Part shown: one piece after another, positions 1 through 6,661 of the stretch
Position numbering within the stretch: position 1 is the stretch's first letter
How the letters are laid out: each line of letters opens with the position of its first letter
From: Patescibacteria group bacterium
Lineage (GTDB): Bacteria > Patescibacteriota > Patescibacteriia > UBA9934
DNA length: 64,000 nucleotides
Reading direction: 5' to 3'
Assembly (NCBI GenBank): GCA_041659765.1
Contig: JBAZXR010000001.1
Span: 182,923 to 246,922 of the forward strand
The notes under the pieces: model-generated
The model's input: only the letters and a program-made list of their open reading frames with translations
Told to the model about the DNA's origin: nothing
Databases searched by the model: none
Program-made: the position numbers and the translations under genes

Positions 1-617
1 GAGCCAACCAGAAGCTGACAGCTCTGGCCCTTGATTGGTATAACCCGTCTATTGTCTGGCTCGGCTCAACCGCCGGTGACGTCTACAAGTCAGCTGATGC
101 TGGAGCAACTTGGGCTAGCGCTACTAAACTTAAGGATGACATCAGCGCCATTGAAGTTAGCCGATCTGACAGCCGGGTGGTGCTCGTGGCTTCGCTTAGA
201 CGAGGAGCTTCTCGCTCTACGGACAGCGGAGCTACTTGGGTAGACCAGGAAAAAGATTTGAAATCATTTGCTAAGGCTTCAAACATTCATGGTTTTGCGG
301 AGACGACAGATGGAAAAACCTTGGTCATGAATACTGACTACGGAATTTTTACTTCTGCTGATGCCGGGGCTACTTGGACACCGTTAACTCTTGTCACCGC
401 CCATGGCGAAGTGAAGATTACGGCCGTGGGTGTAGCTCCAAAGAATGGCAAGGTGATTGTTTACGGTACGAGCTCAACTTTGTATCGATCAGTTAACGGC
501 GGACAGGCTTGGACCACGACCGATCTGCCAACCTCACGCATGGCCTCAGCCTTCCTATTTTCGACCGACAATGACGCGTCCATGCTCTTAGGTGTTCAGG
601 CACCAGTGAAGAAGTAG
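1..617 (+). CDS. BNR/Asp-box repeat protein (sialidase/Ycf48-like beta-propeller), 5'-truncated at window edge
   Basis: Frame open from nt 3. Repeated S-x-D-x-G-x-T-W motifs (SADAGATW, STDSGATW, SADAGATWT, SVNGGQAWT). Confidence 0.55.
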   Translation, partial: ANQKLTALALDWYNPSIVWLGSTAGDVYKSADAGATWASATKLKDDISAIEVSRSDSRVVLVASLRRGASRSTDSGATWVDQEKDLKSFAKASNIHGFAETTDGKTLVMNTDYGIFTSADAGATWTPLTLVTAHGEVKITAVGVAPKNGKVIVYGTSSTLYRSVNGGQAWTTTDLPTSRMASAFLFSTDNDASMLLGVQAPVKK

Positions 618-677
618 TTGGATGCCCGTTTTGCCCGACTTGCCCGTTTTGCCCTCTTCACATAAACTCAGCTCACT

Positions 678-1217
678 ATGTCCCTACTCGACGAATACAA
701 GCCAGAGTTTGAGAAAATTGTTGATCATTTGATTGATGAATTATCGGTTATCCGTACTGGTCGAGCCAGCCCGGCACTCGTTGAGAACATTCAGGTTGAA
801 GCATACGGCACTTTCCAGCCCGTGAAAGCGGTTGCTTCGATGTCCACACCCGACGCGAAGACGCTTGAGATCACGCCGTGGGACACTTCTGTTTTGAAGG
901 CTATTGAAACCGCGATTATCAAGTCCGACATCGGCATCAATCCGGTCGTGGACGGAAAAATGGTACGTTTGAACATGCCGATGATGACGGAAGAAACGCG
1001 CAAGAAAATGGTGAAGGTGATGAACGAAAAACTTGAAGACTCCCGCGTACACATTCGCAAGGTTCGCGAAGAAGCCAAAAAGAAAGTTTCCGCCATGGAA
1101 GGCGGGCAGGACGTGGTTCGCAAAGAACTCGAAGCCCTGGAAAAGATGGTGAAAGGATACGTTGAAAAGATTGACGCCGTGGGGGAGAAGAAGGAGAAAG
1201 AAGTAATGTCGATCTAG
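678..1217 (+). CDS. frr: ribosome recycling factor
   Basis: 179 aa. IRTGRASPALVENIQVEAYG and C-terminal coiled coil are typical of RRF. Confidence 0.9.
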   Translation: MSLLDEYKPEFEKIVDHLIDELSVIRTGRASPALVENIQVEAYGTFQPVKAVASMSTPDAKTLEITPWDTSVLKAIETAIIKSDIGINPVVDGKMVRLNMPMMTEETRKKMVKVMNEKLEDSRVHIRKVREEAKKKVSAMEGGQDVVRKELEALEKMVKGYVEKIDAVGEKKEKEVMSI

Positions 1218-1228
1218 CCAAACAATTT

Positions 1229-2536
1229 ATGTCTGTTTCCATGGATACACTGGTTACGCTGTGTAAGACTCGTGGTTTTATTTTTCCTGGCTCTGACATT
1301 TACGGTGGTCTAGCCAACTCCTGGGACTACGGTCCACTTGGCGTTGAACTGAAGAACAACATAAAGCAGGCCTGGTGGAAGAAGTTTGTTACGGGTCGTC
1401 TCGATATGGTCGGACTCGATGCTGCGCTTTTGATGAATCCCAAAGTTTGGGAAGCGTCTGGCCACGTCGCGACATTCACCGACCCGCTTGTTGAGTGTAA
1501 AGAATGTCACGAACGGTATCGCGCCGATAAAATTGACCTCGCCGCTCCCTGCGCGAAGTGTGGAAAAAAGGGCACGTTTACGGAGCCAGCCACCTTTAAC
1601 CTAATGATGAAAACGTGGCTTGGTCCAAAAGAGGATGCAACAGCTACGGTGTATTTCCGTCCGGAAACTGCTCAGGCTATCTTTGTCGATTTTCCGCTCG
1701 TTCTTACTGCTTCGAGAAAGCGCGTTCCATTTGGCATCGGCCAGATCGGAAAAGCCTTCCGCAACGAGATTACGCCGGGAAACTTTATTTTTCGCCAGCG
1801 CGAGTTTGAACAGATGGAGATTGAGTATTTTGTGCACCCTGATAATTGGGAGAAGGCGTTTGAGATGTGGCTTGGGCTCATGCACGAGTGGGTAACTGAG
1901 TGTGGTATCGCTCCTGCGAGTGTTGTTGATCATGAGATCGACAAGGCTGATCTGGCGCACTATTCAAAGAGAACGGTGGATATTGAATATCACTATCCGT
2001 TCGGCCTTGAGGAGCTTTACGGTTTGGCGTATCGCACGGATTTCGATCTGACGAATCACGCGAAGGCATCTGGCAAAGAGATCATTTACACGGATCCAAT
2101 GACGAACGAAAAATACGTTCCGCATGTCATTGAGCCGTCGTTTGGCGTGGACCGTACATTGCTCGCGGTGCTTCTTTCGGCGTATTCAGAAGAAGAAGTA
2201 GAAGGCGAGAAGCGTGTAGTTCTAAAGTTCCCGAAGCATTTGGCGCCAATTAAAGTTGCGGTGTTGCCCCTTTCAAAGAAGGACGAGCTGTCGAGCATCG
2301 CTGAGCCCCTGGCTGAAAAACTCGCCAAGAAATTCCGGACCGAATACGACGAAACGCAGTCCATTGGTAAGCGGTATCGCCGCCAAGACGAAATCGGCAC
2401 GCCATTCTGTGTGACGGTTGACTTTGAAACACTCAACGACCAGGCCGTGACTGTGCGTGAAAGAGATTCCATGAAACAGGAACGTGTGAAACTTGATGAA
2501 CTTGAGGCCTACCTCGATAATGCCCTGAAGAGCTAA
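1229..2536 (+). CDS. glyQS: glycine--tRNA ligase (dimeric class II type)
   Basis: 435 aa. N-terminus CKTRGFIFPGSDIYGGLANSWDYGPLG and class II motifs; Zn-ribbon insert CKECHERYRAD...CAKCGKKG. Confidence 0.85.
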   Translation: MSVSMDTLVTLCKTRGFIFPGSDIYGGLANSWDYGPLGVELKNNIKQAWWKKFVTGRLDMVGLDAALLMNPKVWEASGHVATFTDPLVECKECHERYRADKIDLAAPCAKCGKKGTFTEPATFNLMMKTWLGPKEDATATVYFRPETAQAIFVDFPLVLTASRKRVPFGIGQIGKAFRNEITPGNFIFRQREFEQMEIEYFVHPDNWEKAFEMWLGLMHEWVTECGIAPASVVDHEIDKADLAHYSKRTVDIEYHYPFGLEELYGLAYRTDFDLTNHAKASGKEIIYTDPMTNEKYVPHVIEPSFGVDRTLLAVLLSAYSEEEVEGEKRVVLKFPKHLAPIKVAVLPLSKKDELSSIAEPLAEKLAKKFRTEYDETQSIGKRYRRQDEIGTPFCVTVDFETLNDQAVTVRERDSMKQERVKLDELEAYLDNALKS

Positions 2537-2538
2537 TT

Positions 2539-3810
2539 ATGTTCACCACCCACAAACTCAAAAACGGAGCGCGCGTAGTGCTTTCGCCTTACGGCGGCAC
2601 GGAAGCGGCGACAATTCTCGTCATGTTTAAAGTTGGTTCCCGAGATGAAGATTTGAAAGTGTGGGGCGGAAGCCACTTCATTGAGCACTTGATGTTCAAG
2701 GGCACAAAGAAGCGTCCAGAGACCATGGATATTACGCGGGAGCTTGACCAATACGGCGCCGAGTTTAATGCGTATACAGGCAAGGACCTGACGGCCTATT
2801 ATGTAAAAATTACGGCTGAGCGTTTGCCGGTAGCAGTTGATCTCTTGGAAGATATGCTGTTTCATTCAAAATTCGACGGCAAAGAAATGGCCAAAGAGAA
2901 GAAGGTGATTCAGGAAGAGATTAAGATGTATGAGGAAAACCCAATCATGCACCTTGAGGACATGCTTGAGGAAGCCATGTTTGACGGTCATGTGCTAGGG
3001 CGAAACATTGCTGGCACTGGCGAGACCATGACTAAGATGAAGCGTGATGACGTGATTAAATATCGCGATCAGTTTTACGTGCCGGAGAATATGGTCGTGA
3101 TTGTTTCCGGAAAAGTACCAAAAGATATTTTGAAGTTGCTCGAATCAGGTTTTGGCAAAATACCTCATGCCAAGCGGGCAATGTTTGAAAACGTATACCT
3201 GCCAGGCAAGCATCAGGCGAGTGTGCTTCGCCGTCAGGAGAAGCCGCTGGAGCAGATTCAGGTAGCGCTTGGGTTCCCCATTCCGGGCCGAGCTCATGAT
3301 GACTCTTATGCTATTAAAGTACTAGCTACTATTCTGGGCGGTACAATGAGTTCACGTTTGTTTATCCAGGTGCGCGAGAAGCGCGGGCTCTGTTACACGG
3401 TGCGAGCGAACGCCGAACAGTATGATGACGTAGGCTTGCTCTCGGTGCGCGCCGGATTGGATGCTAAGCGTCTGCCTTTGGCCGCTAAGACAATCATTGC
3501 CGAGCTCAAGAAGATGGCTAAAGACGGAGTCACTTCTAAAGAGCTGTCAGATGCCAAAGAGCACTGGCGCGGAGCTTTGACACTGCAGCTTGAAGATTCT
3601 TCCGCCCGGGCTGAATTCTTCGGCCGCCAGGAGTTGTTTGAGGGGAAGGTTGAGACGCTCGATGCTCGTATGAATAGGGTGAACGCAGTTAAGGCTGGCG
3701 ATATTAAGCGCGTGGCTCGGGAGTATTTGAATCCCGCGAAGATGTCACTGGCGGTCATTGGTCCATACAAGACGGATGCGGAAGTATTAAAGATGTTTGG
3801 AATCAAGTAG
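2539..3810 (+). CDS. M16 family zinc peptidase (pitrilysin/insulinase-like)
   Basis: 423 aa. Inverted zinc motif HFIEH...E (GGSHFIEHLMFKGT). Start codon 3 nt after glyQS stop. Confidence 0.75.
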   Translation: MFTTHKLKNGARVVLSPYGGTEAATILVMFKVGSRDEDLKVWGGSHFIEHLMFKGTKKRPETMDITRELDQYGAEFNAYTGKDLTAYYVKITAERLPVAVDLLEDMLFHSKFDGKEMAKEKKVIQEEIKMYEENPIMHLEDMLEEAMFDGHVLGRNIAGTGETMTKMKRDDVIKYRDQFYVPENMVVIVSGKVPKDILKLLESGFGKIPHAKRAMFENVYLPGKHQASVLRRQEKPLEQIQVALGFPIPGRAHDDSYAIKVLATILGGTMSSRLFIQVREKRGLCYTVRANAEQYDDVGLLSVRAGLDAKRLPLAAKTIIAELKKMAKDGVTSKELSDAKEHWRGALTLQLEDSSARAEFFGRQELFEGKVETLDARMNRVNAVKAGDIKRVAREYLNPAKMSLAVIGPYKTDAEVLKMFGIK

Positions 3811-3836
3811 GGGCGGGGCTAGCCCCGTCCGTACAT

Positions 3837-4574
3837 ATGAAATACATTGTAGCGAATTGGAAAATGAATCTCGGAATCAGGGAATCCGTAGCACTGGCAC
3901 GCGGAACACTTTTGGCGCTCCAGGGAAAGGAGATAGTGCCCGAGGTGATTTTGTGTCCGTCCGCCACGGCGCTGGCGGAGGTGCATAAGACGCTCGCGCG
4001 CACGCGGATGCATCTTGGCGCGCAGAACGTGGGTCCAGGGCGTTCTGGCGCCTTTACGGGGGAGGAGGGCGTGGCCCAGCTTGAGGATGTAGGATGTAAG
4101 TATGTCATTCTTGGCCATTCGGAGAGCAGAGCTTTGGGTGAAGGGCCGGAGACGATTGCGAAAAAAATGGCCGCAGTGTGGGAATCAGCGTCTTTGACGC
4201 CGATTCTTTGTGTGAGCGAGATGGGGGAGTTGAAATCATCGTTGAGTTTGGTTAAGCCGTCACGGAGCAAAAAATTGTTTTTAGCCTATGAGCCAACTTG
4301 GGCAATCGGCACCGGGAACCCGGCTACCCCCGCCGACGCCGTGCGCGAACTGACCGCGCTTAAAACAGAGTTGACGGCGATAGGCTTTTCAGCTGATGCA
4401 CTTGTAATGCTGTATGGCGGTTCAACTAATGCCGAGAACGCGTATTCGTACCTGCGCGAACCTGTTATTGATGGACTGCTTGTAGGCGGAGCAAGTCTGA
4501 AGGTTCAGGAGATTACCGGTATTATTAACGCTGCGCATGAGGTCATAACCGCCTCGCCTGAAATATGGTCTTAA
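3837..4574 (+). CDS. tpiA: triosephosphate isomerase
   Basis: 245 aa. IVANWKMN start, GHSESR, AYEPTWAIGTG and LYGGS signature segments. Confidence 0.9.
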   Translation: MKYIVANWKMNLGIRESVALARGTLLALQGKEIVPEVILCPSATALAEVHKTLARTRMHLGAQNVGPGRSGAFTGEEGVAQLEDVGCKYVILGHSESRALGEGPETIAKKMAAVWESASLTPILCVSEMGELKSSLSLVKPSRSKKLFLAYEPTWAIGTGNPATPADAVRELTALKTELTAIGFSADALVMLYGGSTNAENAYSYLREPVIDGLLVGGASLKVQEITGIINAAHEVITASPEIWS

Positions 4575-5335
4575 CCATTATTCTCATCTCGGTGTTCGTG
4601 CTGTCTGTGGGCGTTCTCGGCGTCCTTTTAGTGCGCAAGGCACCGAGTGTTTTAGTGATTGATCCTTCCGCCTCGAAAGATGCTAAAGCTAAGGAGTTGA
4701 AGCGTGATATTTTAAAGAAACGCCTTGAACGAGCTACGGCAGTTCCTATTAGTAGCGCGCGCGATGTGTTGGTTGCGCCTTTTGTATTTATGCAACGAGC
4801 TGTGCGGTCAGTGGCCGGCCAGCTTAAGGCGCTTGAGGATTCTTATGCCAAGCTCCAGAAAGGCGGGAAACCGGTTAATGAAGATGCTGTTCGCCAACTG
4901 TTTGAAGAATCTGAAGCTGCTTTTCGTGCCGGGAGAACAGATGACGCAGAAAAGAGGTTGATTGAGCTCATCAGCTTGAACCCAAAGTATGCTGAGGCGT
5001 ATGAGCTTTTGGGGCGTGTATATATGCAGACAAAGGACTATGCGCTCGCTCGCGAAACGTTATTGCATGTACTGAAGCTCTCGCCCAAGAACGCGAGTGT
5101 CTATGCTAGCTTAGGCGAGGTGTCGGAACTGGAGGGCAAGGTTGAGGCCGCGTACGAGGCTTATAAGAGGGCGATGGAGTTGAGCCCGAATAACCCTAAG
5201 TATTTAGATTTCTTTATTTCAGCTGCTATTACGGCGGACAATTTTGAAGAGGCTAAGGAAGCGTTGGAACGTCTGAAGGAGGTTAATCCACAAAATCAAA
5301 AGATCGCGGAATTTTCCGCGATCCTTCTCAAGTAA
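4565..5335 (+). CDS. membrane-anchored tetratricopeptide (TPR) repeat protein
   Basis: N-terminal TM helix then TPR-like repeats (AEAYELLGRVYMQTKDYALA..., ASVYASLGEV..., AYEAYKRAMELSPNN). Confidence 0.55.
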   Translation: MVLTIILISVFVLSVGVLGVLLVRKAPSVLVIDPSASKDAKAKELKRDILKKRLERATAVPISSARDVLVAPFVFMQRAVRSVAGQLKALEDSYAKLQKGGKPVNEDAVRQLFEESEAAFRAGRTDDAEKRLIELISLNPKYAEAYELLGRVYMQTKDYALARETLLHVLKLSPKNASVYASLGEVSELEGKVEAAYEAYKRAMELSPNNPKYLDFFISAAITADNFEEAKEALERLKEVNPQNQKIAEFSAILLK

Positions 5336-5343
5336 CGCGTTCG

Positions 5344-5499
5344 TTACTTTGTTTCTTTGTGCGGCGTGTGCTTCTTACACGGCTTGCAGTGCTTCAAAAG
5401 CTCAAGGCGATCCTTCAGCGTTTTCTTGTTCTTCTTGGAGCGGTAGTTCAAGGACTTACAGACCGTGCACTCCAGCTTAATGAGGTTGTCTTGGGACAT
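5344..5499 (-). CDS. rpmG: 50S ribosomal protein L33
   Basis: Hand-translated 51-aa ORF, below the track cutoff: [51 protein letters not shown]. Cys-x2-Cys...Cys-x2-Cys zinc ribbon typical of L33. Confidence 0.75.
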   Translation of the reverse strand: MSQDNLIKLECTVCKSLNYRSKKNKKTLKDRLELLKHCKPCKKHTPHKETK

Positions 5500-5556
5500 A
5501 AATGGGGTTCAGTGAAATCGGGGGAATAGTAAGGAAATTGTCTAATCTTGTCAATC

Positions 5557-5631
<75 letters not shown>

Positions 5632-5718
5632 GTAAAAAGCAGGGAAATTGTAACAGGGACCCCACAGGTAGTCAATTGCAATGCTTAAAGGGCTGTGATA
5701 CGATTTTGCCACTTTTAG

Positions 5719-5794
5719 GCCGACATAGCTCAGCTGGTAGAGCAACGGTTTTGTAAACCGTAGGTCGTCGGTTCAAGCCCGACTGTCGGCTCCA
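5719..5794 (+). tRNA. tRNA-Thr (anticodon TGT), CCA encoded
   Basis: Acceptor GCCGACA/TGTCGGC, D-arm GCTC-AGCTGGTA-GAGC, anticodon stem ACGGT/ACCGT with loop TTTGTAA, T-arm GTCGG-TTCAAGC-CCGAC. Confidence 0.85.
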
Positions 5795-5824
5795 TAAAGT
5801 TTTGATAGGTAGTATTGCTGATTT

Positions 5825-5910
5825 GGGTAGATACTCAAGTGGTCAACGAGGGGAGACTGTAAATCTCCTGGAGCAATCCTTCGTAGGTTCGAATCCTGCT
5901 CTACCCACCA
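5825..5910 (+). tRNA. tRNA-Tyr (anticodon GTA), long variable arm, CCA encoded
   Basis: Acceptor GGGTAGA/TCTACCC, anticodon stem GGAGA/TCTCC with loop CTGTAAA, long variable arm, T-arm GTAGG-TTCGAAT-CCTGC. Confidence 0.8.
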
Positions 5911-5987
5911 AAGACCTCCTAGCAATAGGAGGTTTTTGTATATAAAGTCCGTGTATACTGTTGATAGTTAATTCTTTTCATTATTCT

Positions 5988-6194
5988 ATGCACGACGGAG
6001 GTATGTGCGGTTGTCCACATCACAAGTTGGTTCCGTTAATCATTGTGATAGTTGGTGTAGCCTTTTTGCTACAAACGCTTGGTGTTTTGACGGCGGCCAC
6101 GGTTAGCATGGTTTGGCCGATTGGCTTGATCATGATCGGACTGATGAAACTAAGCAGTGGCATGTGCGGCTGCTGTTCCATGAAGAAGAAGTAG
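5988..6194 (+). CDS. small Cys-rich two-TM membrane protein (MCGC...MCGCC termini)
   Basis: Track ORF 5961..6194 starts at TTG. In-frame ATG at 5988, or at 6004 with GGAGG just upstream. N-terminal MCGCPHH and C-terminal GMCGCCSMKKK flank two hydrophobic helices. Confidence 0.4.
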   Translation: MHDGGMCGCPHHKLVPLIIVIVGVAFLLQTLGVLTAATVSMVWPIGLIMIGLMKLSSGMCGCCSMKKK

Positions 6195-6195
6195 A

Positions 6196-6288
6196 GTGAG
6201 AAACCAAAAGCACGAAGTCTCGCTAAAATTTGAGTCGGGTTACCTCCTAAAAATTTTATCAAGACTTCGTGCTTTTGGTTTTAGGGAG
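6196..6288. repeat. long hairpin element (about 31-bp stem, 19-nt loop GAGTCGGGTTACCTCCTAA), copy 1
   Basis: Arm AAACCAAAAGCACGAAGTCTCGCTAAAATTT pairs with AAATTTTATCAAGACTTCGTGCTTTTGGTTT (2 mismatches). The loop is shared with the copy at 14461..14520. Sits between convergent genes. Confidence 0.6.
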
Positions 6289-6534
6289 TTACTTAGTCGC
6301 GCGGAAGCCGAACTGTGCACCGAAGATGGCTCCTAAGATGGCGCCGAAGATCATAGCGGCCATGCCCATTTGGCCAAGCCAGTGTTCCCAGAGGTTATTG
6401 TAGGGGACTGGGTCAATTGAGATGATCAAGGTTACAACAAAGGCAATGGCTAGACCCGCTGCCGCACCGATGAGTGAGCAGGTAACGGCGTAGCCAATAA
6501 TTGTGGCCAAATCCCGATTATTTTTTGAAGTCAT
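6289..6534 (-). CDS. small membrane protein, hypothetical
   Basis: 81 aa, two hydrophobic helices, glycine-zipper-like GAILGAIFGAQFG. Confidence 0.4.
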   Translation of the reverse strand: MTSKNNRDLATIIGYAVTCSLIGAAAGLAIAFVVTLIISIDPVPYNNLWEHWLGQMGMAAMIFGAILGAIFGAQFGFRATK

Positions 6535-6618
6535 AATGACTTAAGGATTAATTATTAATGTTATCACGCACCGAGCAGACATCTAAATACAGAGTATCCA
6601 ATTATAGCCAGCAAGTAA

Positions 6619-6653
6619 ATAAAACACGCCCAGGATTTTTCCGGGGCGTGTTT
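6619..6653 (-). terminator. intrinsic terminator downstream of the giant surface-protein gene
   Basis: AAAACACGCCC-cagga-tttttcc-GGGGCGTGTTTT palindrome. On the minus strand the hairpin is followed by TTTTATTT. Confidence 0.55.
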
Positions 6654-6661
6654 TAGATGGA

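Noticed and set aside
741-1299. Antisense ORFs within frr (741..1052, 791..1123, 937..1299)
   Set aside because: They fully overlap a confidently identified housekeeping gene on the opposite strand, with no motifs.
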